In this document: piece by piece, positions 9,759 to 18,241 of the stretch
Layout: each line of letters starts with the position of its first letter
How positions within the stretch are numbered: the stretch's first letter is position 1
Notes under the pieces: generated by a model
Told to the model about the DNA's origin: nothing
Database searches by the model: none
What the model saw: the letters and a program-made list of their open reading frames with translations, nothing else
Position numbers and translations under genes: made by a program
Assembly: GCA_965216755.1 (NCBI GenBank)
Contig: CBDCGL010000011.1
Coordinates: 4,128,001 to 4,192,000, forward strand
Direction of reading: 5' to 3'
From: Alphaproteobacteria bacterium
GTDB lineage: Bacteria > Pseudomonadota > Alphaproteobacteria > UBA7887
Length of the DNA stretch: 64,000 nucleotides

Positions 9759-10720
9759 GTCGCGCTCCGGGCAAGGTCGGTGGCGAACGACAGCACTTCG
9801 CCCGCCAGCCTGGCGCTGTCTTGGGCATCGCGCATCATCACGTCGGTAACAAGCACTACGGTGCCGGCGGCTTCAATCGTTTGCGCCGCCTCGGTGTCGG
9901 TGTTGTCGATCACCAGGCCGTCGAGCGCGAGGTCGCGGTAGAAGCCGGCGACGCCTGCCGCCGAGGGCTCGTGGCCGAGGCTGCGCATCACCGCCGCCGC
10001 CGGTCCCTTGACGGCCTTGCCGCCGATGATCGGCGATACTGCGACCAAGGGCGCGCGGCGCTCTGCGATGCTGGCACGAACGCCCGGTATATCGAGGATC
10101 GGCTGGATGCTGAGGATCGGGTTCGACGGGCAAAGGATGATCGCGGCCAGCGTGTCGTCGGCCAGTGCCGCGGCGAACGCGGCGCTCGGCCTCGCGCCAT
10201 CGAGACCGGCGAAGTCTATGCCGCTGACCACGGGTGCCGCGCGGCGGCGGACGAAATAGTCCTGAAATTCCAGACGGCCTTGGTCGGTGTCGAGCATCGT
10301 ACGCACCGGGTCGTCGCTCATCGGCACGATCGCATGGCGGACCCCGAAACGCGCCGTCAGCGCCTCGGTCACCGCGCTCAAGCTCATCCCTTGCGCCAAC
10401 AGGCGCGTGCGTTCGACATGGGTCGCGAGATCCTGATCGCCGAGCCGAAACCAGGTCTCACTGCCCAGCGCCTCAAGCGCCTCCATGAAGCGCCAGGTCT
10501 CGCCGGCAAGCCCCCAGCCGGTCTGCGGATTGTCGCGCCCGGCGAGGGTGTACATGACAGTATCGAGGTCGGGTGAAACATGGAGGCCGAAATGCGCGAA
10601 ATCGTCTCCGGTGTTGACCGCCACGGTCAGTGTCTCGGGCGCCAGCTTGAAGGCCAGGCCGCGCGCGAGTTTGGCGCCGCCGACACCGCCGGCAAGGGCG
10701 AGAACCATCCCCGCGCTCAT
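9743..10720 (-). CDS. cofD: 2-phospho-L-lactate transferase (FbiA)
   Basis: LAGGVGGAKL, NTGDD, SPDLDTVMY, WFRLGDQDLATH, FQDYFV, PSNP..SI and SPIIGGKAVKGPA motifs. Confidence 0.95.
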   Translation of the reverse strand: MSAGMVLALAGGVGGAKLARGLAFKLAPETLTVAVNTGDDFAHFGLHVSPDLDTVMYTLAGRDNPQTGWGLAGETWRFMEALEALGSETWFRLGDQDLATHVERTRLLAQGMSLSAVTEALTARFGVRHAIVPMSDDPVRTMLDTDQGRLEFQDYFVRRRAAPVVSGIDFAGLDGARPSAAFAAALADDTLAAIILCPSNPILSIQPILDIPGVRASIAERRAPLVAVSPIIGGKAVKGPAAAVMRSLGHEPSAAGVAGFYRDLALDGLVIDNTDTEAAQTIEAAGTVVLVTDVMMRDAQDSARLAGEVLSFATDLARSATCRTG

Positions 10721-11502
10721 CGGAATAGGTCGATCTCGGCCGGGCGCAGCAGATCGCTGGCGCTGCCGTCGGCGCGCCCGTAGGGAACGCCGCGGGCGAG
10801 CACGACCGGCCGGCCCTCGTCGCCTTGCCCCATCATCAGCGATGCCGCGGCGGCAAGTTCGTCGGCCACGGCCACCTCGCTGACCCGCAGTGGGCGCCCC
10901 TGCCGGTCGGGCCGGCCGCGCAGGTCGACCAATGCCGGCAGGCCGCTGACGCCGAGCGCGATGCCGCTGGTGCCGAGTCGCCAGGCACGGCCGACGCTGT
11001 CGTTGATGATTACGCCGACATCGACGCCGGCGCGCGTTGCCAGCGCGTGGCGCAACGCGGCGCAGGATCGGTCCGGATCTAAGGGCAGCAACAAGACGCG
11101 CTCGCGCTCGCCGTCGGGCGGCACGTTCGAGAGGTCGATGCCGGCGTTGGCGAGCACGAAGCCGAGCCGATGCTCAACGATCAGCACGCCCGGACGGTAA
11201 CGCAGTACCCGGATTGACTCCGAAAGAATGAGCTCGACCTGGCGCGCATCCTTCCCGACCTTGGCGGCGAGCGCCCGCGCCTCGGCAGAGGGCATGATCT
11301 CGTCGAGAAATACCATGCGCGCTTCCGACTTGGAGACGATTTTCTGGGCCACCACCAGCACATCCTGGTCGCGTAACGCACAGCCGCTTGCCTGCGCCGC
11401 GTTCAGCACGACCGCGGCAAGATCGTCGCCCGCTCGCACCTCAGGCACGCCATCCAGCGGCTGCAACGTTAGCGACGACGGCGGCGACACCAGCGTCCTC
11501 AC
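10717..11502 (-). CDS. cofE: Coenzyme F420-0:L-glutamate ligase
   Basis: P.V..GDDL, QKIVSKSE, ANAGID.SN, DSVGRAWRLG and ADELAAAA motifs. Confidence 0.93.
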   Translation of the reverse strand: MRTLVSPPSSLTLQPLDGVPEVRAGDDLAAVVLNAAQASGCALRDQDVLVVAQKIVSKSEARMVFLDEIMPSAEARALAAKVGKDARQVELILSESIRVLRYRPGVLIVEHRLGFVLANAGIDLSNVPPDGERERVLLLPLDPDRSCAALRHALATRAGVDVGVIINDSVGRAWRLGTSGIALGVSGLPALVDLRGRPDRQGRPLRVSEVAVADELAAAASLMMGQGDEGRPVVLARGVPYGRADGSASDLLRPAEIDLFR

Positions 11503-12188
11503 GGCTCCGGCGGCCGCGGGACGCCGCTGATGCGAATGCCGGCAGCCGCGGCCTTGTAGCGCCTGTTGATCGAAATCAGCACCGAGGTCAGCGCCTCAGC
11601 GACCACCGAGTTGGCGAGCGGGCCGGCTTGCCAGGCGCGCAGGCCGATCGCGGTCGCGAGCCCGACCACGGTCTCGCGCGCATCCTGGTCGTCGCCGCAG
11701 ACCAGCACGTCGCAGTCGATCTCGCGGTCGAGCTCGGCCAAGAGGTGCGCGGCCACATTCTGGAACGCTGAGACCACGCGCACCTGCGGACCCAGCGCTT
11801 GTTGCAGTGCGACGACCGCCGAGCCACCCTTGGGGAGCTGCACGCGCGCGACCTTGGGCGGCACCAGCGGCACTGTCGCATCGATCAGTATCTTGCCATC
11901 GAGAGCCGGCGCCACGTGGCGGGCAGTTTGAGCTTGAGCCGCGTAGGGCACGGTCAGCAGCACGATGTCCGCGCGCTCGGCGACCTCGCTGTTGCTGCCG
12001 TGACCGATGCGGTTGCCGCCAAGCTTTGTGTTGAGCGCTGCCGCCGCGGCGCTTGCCCGCGCCGCCGAGCGCGAGCCGATGCTGACCGGGTATCCGGCAT
12101 GGGCCAGCCTGAGCGCCAGCCCGCCGCCCTCGGCACCAGTCCCGCCCAGCACGCCGACGCCCGAAAGTGGCTGCGCGATATCGCTCAT
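11499..12188 (-). CDS. npdG: F420H2:NADP+ oxidoreductase (Fno)
   Basis: GGTG.EG.GLA.R, IGSR, DATVPL, VSAFQNV, DCDVLVCGD and EALT.VLI.IN..YK motifs. Confidence 0.92.
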   Translation of the reverse strand: MSDIAQPLSGVGVLGGTGAEGGGLALRLAHAGYPVSIGSRSAARASAAAAALNTKLGGNRIGHGSNSEVAERADIVLLTVPYAAQAQTARHVAPALDGKILIDATVPLVPPKVARVQLPKGGSAVVALQQALGPQVRVVSAFQNVAAHLLAELDREIDCDVLVCGDDQDARETVVGLATAIGLRAWQAGPLANSVVAEALTSVLISINRRYKAAAAGIRISGVPRPPEP

Positions 12189-14581
12189 TGTGCTGGCTGC
12201 CCGACCAAGACGGTCGACGGTTCGCGACGATCGGCCGCGATCGGCTGGTAGAGCGTGGTGCGCCGGGCGGGCACGCGGCCACACGACTCGATCAGTGCGT
12301 CCAGGCGGGCCGGTGTCATTTCCTGGCCATGCACCGAGCCTGCCGCACGCGAGATGCTCTCGTCCATCAGCGTACCACCGAGATCGTTGGCACCGGCGCG
12401 GAGGCAGGCGCGCGCGCCGTCCTCGCCGAGCTTGACCCAAGAGGCCTGGATGTTCGCGATGTGCGGATGCAACACCAGTCGCGACACCGCATGCATCAGC
12501 GCGACTTCGCGGAAGGTTGGGCCCTTACGCGCCCGACCGGCGCGATAGATCGGCGCCTCCATGTGGATGAAAGGCAGCGGCACGAATTCGGTAAAGCCCC
12601 CGGTGCGCGCTTGCAGGGTACGGATATGAACGAGATGGCGCGCCCATGCGCGCATCGGTTCCATGTGGCCGAACATGATGGTCGCGGTTGAGCGCAGCCC
12701 AAGCTCGTGCGCCGCCTCCATCACCTCGAGCCATTGGCCGGTGCGGATCTTGTCGGGGCAGAGTTCGGCGCGAACCTCGTCGTCGAGGCTCTCCGCCGCT
12801 GTGCCCGGCAGTGACCCTAGTCCTGCATCTTTCAGCCTGGCAAGGAAATCTGGCACGGTTTCGCACAGGCTGTCGGCGCCTTGCCACACTTCGAGCGGCG
12901 AAAAGGCGTGAATGTGCAGCTCCGGCAACGCGGCCTTGATCGCGCGACAGAGGGCGAGGTAGGTCTCGCCCGTATAGTCCGGATGGATGCCGCCCTGCAT
13001 GCAAACTTCCGTTGCGCCCCGCTGCCATGCCTCATTCGCGCGACGCACCACCTCCTCGACGGTCAAATTGTAAGGCGGGCCGCGCAAGCTGGTGGCGCCG
13101 GCACTCTTGGCAAAGGCGCAGAAGCGGCACTTGAACGCACAAATATTGGTGTAGTTGATGTTGCGGTTGACGACGTAGCTCACGGCGTCGCCGACAACCG
13201 CCTTGCGAAGCGTATCGGCGGCCGCGCAGACGGCGTCATAGTCCGGGCCGCGAACCCTGAACAGACGAACGATTTCGTCCTCGCTCAAGGGCTCTCCGGC
13301 GCTGGCCTTGTCGATCAGCCGGCCTATGTCGGAATCGAGGCGGCCAGGCGCCGGCGCGCGCGGCATGTCCGCGAGCGGCGGTGGCGCGGAGCCGCCGGGC
13401 GACCACGGGTGCGCGCGCGCGAAGCCGCTGGTCTCGGTGACGCGTAGCAGTTGTGCGGCGAGCGCCGGATCAACCCATCGCTTTGCCGTGGCGACGTAGG
13501 CCGGATAGATCGCCAGCCGCTCGATCAAGCGATGCCCAGCGGCCTCGGTTCGCGCCCCCAGCGCGTCGAGATGGGGCCACGGCGCCTCGGGATTGACGTG
13601 GTCTGGGGTGACAGGGGAAATCCCACCCCAGTCATTGAGTCCGGCCGCGAGCAGGCGCGGATAGTCGTCGGCGCTCAAATTGGGCGGCGCCTGAATGTTC
13701 GCGTCGGCGCCGAAGACGAGACGCGCCGCGGCGATGCTCCAGGCAAGCTCGTCATGGTCGGGCTCGGGGGCCTCCGCCATGGGCGAGTCTGGCTTGGCCC
13801 GGAAATTCTGCACGATGATTTCCTGGATGTGACCATATTGACGATGCAGCTCGCGCAGCGCCAATAGGGCGTCGACGCGCTCGGAGCGGGTCTCGCCAAT
13901 GCCGATCAGCAGCCCGGAGGTCAGTGGCACGCGTGCCTCGCCGGCCCGGCGTATGGTTTCGAGACGCGCTGCGGGATGTTTGTCGGGCGAGCCGAAATGC
14001 GGCCCGCCACGCCGGCACAGCCGTTCGCTGGCGCTTTCGAGCATGATGCCTTGCGAGACCGCGACTTCGCGCAAGGCGCCGAGCTGGTCGCTGTCGAGCA
14101 CCCCCGGATTGACGTGCGGCAGCAGCGAGGTCTCGCGCAGCACCAGGGCGCACATTTCGACGAGATAGTCGACCGTCGTGTGGTGGCCGAGCTCTGCCAG
14201 TGCCTGGCGCGCCGCGGCATAGCGCAGCTCCGGCTTGTCACCGAGTGTAAACAGAACTTCCTTGCAGCCCCGCAGCTCGCCGGCGCGGGCGATCGCCAGG
14301 ACCTCGTCAGGCGACAGATAGGCGCTCTCGCCCCGGCGCGACGGCCGCGCGAAGGTGCAGTAGTGGCAGACATTCCGGCATAGGTGAGTGAGCGGCACGA
14401 ATACCTTGCGGGAATAGGACACCAGCCGACCGTGCCCTTGGTCGCGCAGCGCTGCCGCGGCGTCGAGCAACGCGCCCCACTCGGCGTTTGCGAACAGCTC
14501 TTTCACCGCCGGCCCGACAAGCCCCGTGACCGCTCCCGGATCGTCGCGCAACAGCGCAAGCGTCTGTTTCCCGTTCATCAT
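12185..14581 (-). CDS. fbiC: Bifunctional FO synthase (CofG-CofH fusion)
   Basis: Two radical SAM motifs (CRNVCHYC and CAFKCRFC), plus SYSRKVF, GISPVTPDHVNPE, YVVNRNINYTN and NIQASWVKLG. Confidence 0.95.
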   Translation of the reverse strand: MMNGKQTLALLRDDPGAVTGLVGPAVKELFANAEWGALLDAAAALRDQGHGRLVSYSRKVFVPLTHLCRNVCHYCTFARPSRRGESAYLSPDEVLAIARAGELRGCKEVLFTLGDKPELRYAAARQALAELGHHTTVDYLVEMCALVLRETSLLPHVNPGVLDSDQLGALREVAVSQGIMLESASERLCRRGGPHFGSPDKHPAARLETIRRAGEARVPLTSGLLIGIGETRSERVDALLALRELHRQYGHIQEIIVQNFRAKPDSPMAEAPEPDHDELAWSIAAARLVFGADANIQAPPNLSADDYPRLLAAGLNDWGGISPVTPDHVNPEAPWPHLDALGARTEAAGHRLIERLAIYPAYVATAKRWVDPALAAQLLRVTETSGFARAHPWSPGGSAPPPLADMPRAPAPGRLDSDIGRLIDKASAGEPLSEDEIVRLFRVRGPDYDAVCAAADTLRKAVVGDAVSYVVNRNINYTNICAFKCRFCAFAKSAGATSLRGPPYNLTVEEVVRRANEAWQRGATEVCMQGGIHPDYTGETYLALCRAIKAALPELHIHAFSPLEVWQGADSLCETVPDFLARLKDAGLGSLPGTAAESLDDEVRAELCPDKIRTGQWLEVMEAAHELGLRSTATIMFGHMEPMRAWARHLVHIRTLQARTGGFTEFVPLPFIHMEAPIYRAGRARKGPTFREVALMHAVSRLVLHPHIANIQASWVKLGEDGARACLRAGANDLGGTLMDESISRAAGSVHGQEMTPARLDALIESCGRVPARRTTLYQPIAADRREPSTVLVGQPAQ

Positions 14582-15010
14582 CCCCGCCAACACAGCCCGG
14601 TCGCCGACAATCAGCATATCCCAAGGCAGCCCGGTCGGAAACGCCCGACTCGCGACCACCGCCCGGCCCGGTCCTGACAGCCGCATGAACAATCCACGGT
14701 CACATCGCGCAACAACGAGATGTACTGCTGGCGTCGCTAAGACCATCAGGGAATAGCGCCATTGACACCACATTGGCACATCTCGTGGCGTCGCGGCCGC
14801 AGCGGTTTCCGATCCGCTATCGACGACGCAGCGGTGGGTTCGGCCTAGGAAGTCCGATTGACTCCTGACTCCCGACGAAATCCATGGATCGGTATGAGCC
14901 GAAGGTTTGGCCATGAGCGGCCATGCTAGGCCAAGTCAATCGCGAGGCCTGAAAGGTTCAATCCCGCCATGTAAGCTGTCCACGGGAGTACAGCGATGTC
15001 GGACTGGAGT

Positions 15011-15125
15011 TGGAATTTCCCCGTATTCGTGGACAGGTGCGGGCTTGCAGACACTAGCCGTTTGGTGACGCTCTTTTCGTAATTGATGGGCGACTTGTAT
15101 CCAAGGGCTACGTGGCGTCGACCGG
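15011..15125 (-). mobile_element. IS3-family remnant: transposase C-terminus plus terminal inverted repeat
   Basis: The minus strand reads GRRHVALGYKSPINYEK, matching the IS3 integrase-core tail RRHS.LGY.SP..YE. It ends in a TG-initiated terminus, TGGAATTTCCCCGTATTCGTGGACAG (15011-15036). Confidence 0.7.
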
Positions 15126-15351
15126 CAGGTTCGGCACGCCGCAGTCAGCCTAAGCACGACCGCCGGCACGAAGGTGTTTTTCAGCCGCAACAGCTTTCTA
15201 CGCCGCGCCAGAGCAAGCCTGGAAACGTGCGCCGGGCAACAGGTGCAGCGAACACAAGCATCTTGTTCGATCGATCTATTTGATTGCTTAATCAGGTCAG
15301 CTGTATTAACGGCTGCGTTGCGTCTTAAGACATGTAGAAGGAAAACGTTCC

Positions 15352-16863
15352 ATGCGCGCCATGGCTGTTTCTCTGGTCCTAGTTGCCGCCATTGGGGTTG
15401 GTCCGGCGTTTGCCGAACCGCCCACTAAAGCGCTGATCCCTTTGCTGGATCTGGAAGCCGAGGACGCCTGGGAGACCGGCGAGGTTAACTTTGTCGCCGA
15501 GTACAATATGTGGGCGTGGACCAATTTCGGGACCCCCGTTGACCAAGGTAAGGTGGTACCGGCGGCGTTTGCCGCCGAAACAGCCACGGTGTTCTCCAAC
15601 ACCGACCAGGCCTTCTCCGCGCCGCTGTTTACCCTCGATCCGGTGGCGTTGCGCGCGTTCGCGTTCGGTCGTCACCTGTTCCGCCGGCAGTGGGTCGCGG
15701 CCCCCGCCGAGGCGGCAACCTTCGACGGCCTTGGCCCGACTTTCAACCGCGTCTCTTGCGACGGCTGTCACTTCAATGATGGTCGCGGTCGCCCGCCTGG
15801 CAAGCCGGATGAGCCTATGCGTTCGATGCTCGTTCGACTTAGCGTTCCTGGCGTGGCTGACAACGGCGGGCCCGTGCCGCACCCGGTGTATGGCCTGCAA
15901 TTGCAGGACAAGAGCATCGACGGCGTTCCTGCCGAGGGACATGTCTCGGTGCGCCAACGCGTCATCGAGGGCAACTTCGCCGATGGCATGCCCTATACGC
16001 TGAGTGAGCCGGTCTACACATTTTCCGACATGGCCCATGGTGCGCTGGGGGCGGAGGCGCTGTTCTCCCCGCGGGTGGCGCCAGTAACCTACGGACTCGG
16101 CTTGCTCGAGGCGGTACCGGACTCGGTCGTTGTCGCGGCGGCCGATCCCGATGACGCCGATGGCGACGGCATCTCGGGCAGGGCAAATTACGTTTGGAAC
16201 CCGGCGACTGGTAAGACCGAGCTGGGCCGCTTCGGTTGGAAGGCCAATACCGCCAGCCTCTATGTCCAGGTTGCTGCCGCGGCCCATGGCGACATGGGCA
16301 TCACCACAAGTCTGTTTCCGGACAACAACTGCCCCGCCGCGCAAGGCGATTGCGAGGCGGCGCCAGACGGCGGCTTGCCCGAGATGGATGATGCGAGCCT
16401 GGATATGCTGACCATTTATGTGCGTGCGCTTTCGGTGCCGGCGCGCCGTGACCCGCACAACCCAGCGGTCGAGAGGGGTGAGGACTTGTTCGAGGCCGCA
16501 GGCTGCGCCGCCTGTCACACGCCGAGCCTGTCCACCGCTCAGGACGCTGCCTTGCCGCAGCTCGCCGGGCTGGAGATTCGCCCCTACACGGACATGCTGC
16601 TGCACGACATGGGCGAGGGGCTCGCCGACGGTCGCTCCGACTTCGCGGCCTCGGGCCGGGAGTGGCGAACGCCGCCCCTTTGGGGCATCGGCCTGGTTCA
16701 GCGGGTGAATCTACATCGCCAGTTCCTGCATGACGGCCGCGCACGCGGCTTCATGGAGGCGATCCTTTGGCATGGCGGCGAAGCCGAGGCGGCGCGCCAA
16801 GCGGTGGTTGCCATGGCCAAGGAGGATCGTGACGCCTTGCTCGCCTTTCTGCGCTCGCTTTGA
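15352..16863 (+). CDS. Secreted di-heme oxidoreductase (DHOR/DUF1111, thiol oxidoreductase family)
   Basis: Signal peptide; two CxxCH motifs (CDGCH, CAACH); GLGP.FN..SC, GRFGWKA, WRTPPLWGIG and LHDGRAR motifs. Confidence 0.88.
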   Translation: MRAMAVSLVLVAAIGVGPAFAEPPTKALIPLLDLEAEDAWETGEVNFVAEYNMWAWTNFGTPVDQGKVVPAAFAAETATVFSNTDQAFSAPLFTLDPVALRAFAFGRHLFRRQWVAAPAEAATFDGLGPTFNRVSCDGCHFNDGRGRPPGKPDEPMRSMLVRLSVPGVADNGGPVPHPVYGLQLQDKSIDGVPAEGHVSVRQRVIEGNFADGMPYTLSEPVYTFSDMAHGALGAEALFSPRVAPVTYGLGLLEAVPDSVVVAAADPDDADGDGISGRANYVWNPATGKTELGRFGWKANTASLYVQVAAAAHGDMGITTSLFPDNNCPAAQGDCEAAPDGGLPEMDDASLDMLTIYVRALSVPARRDPHNPAVERGEDLFEAAGCAACHTPSLSTAQDAALPQLAGLEIRPYTDMLLHDMGEGLADGRSDFAASGREWRTPPLWGIGLVQRVNLHRQFLHDGRARGFMEAILWHGGEAEAARQAVVAMAKEDRDALLAFLRSL

Positions 16864-16988
16864 GGCTGGAACTGCCAGTTCCGTGGCGTAGCCACCACGT
16901 CACCTCCATTTGGTCGGACTGACCTGGGTTAAAGCTCGTTTGGTGCCAATGTCCAGGATTCAGCTCGGCTTGGCCGGAGGATGTGGCG

Positions 16989-17687
16989 ATGAAGTACCAA
17001 GAACCGGGATGCGCGTATTGCCCACCCAACGTTCGTGCTTGCCGCGTGGGTGAATCGGATGCCCGGGGGCCCGGCTTCTGCCCAAGCAAAGTCGACGCGG
17101 ACACGCAAGACGATGCTTGGGCGGCCTACCGAGACCCCGAGGTGATGCGGGTCGCACAGGTCTCGGCCGAGGTTGAGGCGGAGGGATACTGCAAATGGAC
17201 ACGGGTCGAGGAGATCTGCCATTTCGCGCACAAGATGGGCTTCACGCGCATCGGTATTGCCACTTGCATCAGCTTTGTTGATCACGCCAAGACTTTAAGC
17301 AGCATCCTGGAAAGTCACGGGTTTGAGGTGGCTTCTGTCGCCTGCAAGAACGGCGGTGTTGACAAGCAGGCGCTCGGCCTGCGGGAGGAGCAGAAAATCC
17401 GCCCCGGCGGCCATGAATCGATGTGTAACCCGATTGGCCAGGCGGCGTTCCTCAATCAGGCCGGCTGTCAGTTCAACATCATCCTGGGGCTGTGTGTCGG
17501 CCATGACAGCTTGTTCTTCAAGCATGCCGACGGCCTGACCACCGTGCTCGTCGCAAAGGACCGCGTGCTGGCGCATAACCCCGTCGGCGCGCTCAATCTG
17601 GCCGACACCTACTACAGCAAGGTCTGGGGCGCCGAGCGTCCGGAGAAACCGCCGAAACTGCCCGCCAGCGGCCGGCGCAAGGCCTGA
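16989..17687 (+). CDS. DUF1847 family Cys-rich metal-binding protein
   Basis: TRVEE...FA.KMG..RIGIATC, MCNPIGQA, GLCVGHD.LF and KDRV.AHNP motifs. Confidence 0.85.
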   Translation: MKYQEPGCAYCPPNVRACRVGESDARGPGFCPSKVDADTQDDAWAAYRDPEVMRVAQVSAEVEAEGYCKWTRVEEICHFAHKMGFTRIGIATCISFVDHAKTLSSILESHGFEVASVACKNGGVDKQALGLREEQKIRPGGHESMCNPIGQAAFLNQAGCQFNIILGLCVGHDSLFFKHADGLTTVLVAKDRVLAHNPVGALNLADTYYSKVWGAERPEKPPKLPASGRRKA

Positions 17688-17771
17688 TCGACGCGGGGCG
17701 CAGCGCATCGTTTTGACCCCTAAAGGATGACACTTCCGTGTCAAAAGGTGGGTACACCTGGATGCGGAGCG

Positions 17772-17960
17772 ATGACGGTATACAACATCAAGAAGGACCG
17801 AAATAGCTGGCGCCTGGAGGAATGCCGGTCCGACGGCGTGCGCGTCGACCATGGTGCGCACGATTCCTTCAACTGTGCCAAGGCCTTCCGAACCACCCTG
17901 GAACTTCGCGCGCTGCATCCCAATCGAAACATTTCACACGCCCTGACACGTGACCAGTAG
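17772..17960 (+). CDS. Small hypothetical protein (62 aa)
   Basis: GGAG RBS, ATG start and plausible composition; no recognisable family. Confidence 0.4.
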   Translation: MTVYNIKKDRNSWRLEECRSDGVRVDHGAHDSFNCAKAFRTTLELRALHPNRNISHALTRDQ

Positions 17961-17970
17961 AACCGAAGAG

Positions 17971-18126
17971 ATGAACCAGGAAGACCTCAATCGGGCAATC
18001 CGGCGCGCTGAGCGGTTCATTCGGCAATCCACCGACAAGCAGGCCGAACCACCGGAAAAACAGGATATTCAGGCCGCCGCCGTCGATTTGTACGCGGCCT
18101 TGTCGAAGCTTCTGCTGCGCCCGTAG
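17971..18126 (+). CDS. Small hypothetical helical protein (51 aa)
   Basis: Manual translation: MNQEDLNRAIRRAERFIRQSTDKQAEPPEKQDIQAAAVDLYAALSKLLLRP; starts 10 nt after the previous ORF. Confidence 0.4.
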   Translation: MNQEDLNRAIRRAERFIRQSTDKQAEPPEKQDIQAAAVDLYAALSKLLLRP

Positions 18127-18136
18127 GTTTCGGTGG

Positions 18137-18226
18137 TTTCGGTGACAGTTTACTAAATACACTATATGTTGTGAATGATGTCTATCAGGTGCAATATTTT
18201 GTGTATTTAGTAAACTGTCACCGAAA
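18137..18226. repeat. Perfect 26-bp inverted repeat with a 38-bp AT-rich spacer (REP/REPIN- or MITE-like)
   Basis: TTTCGGTGACAGTTTACTAAATACAC (18137-18162) and GTGTATTTAGTAAACTGTCACCGAAA (18201-18226). Confidence 0.8.
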
Positions 18227-18241
18227 TAAAGTCAAAGACGA

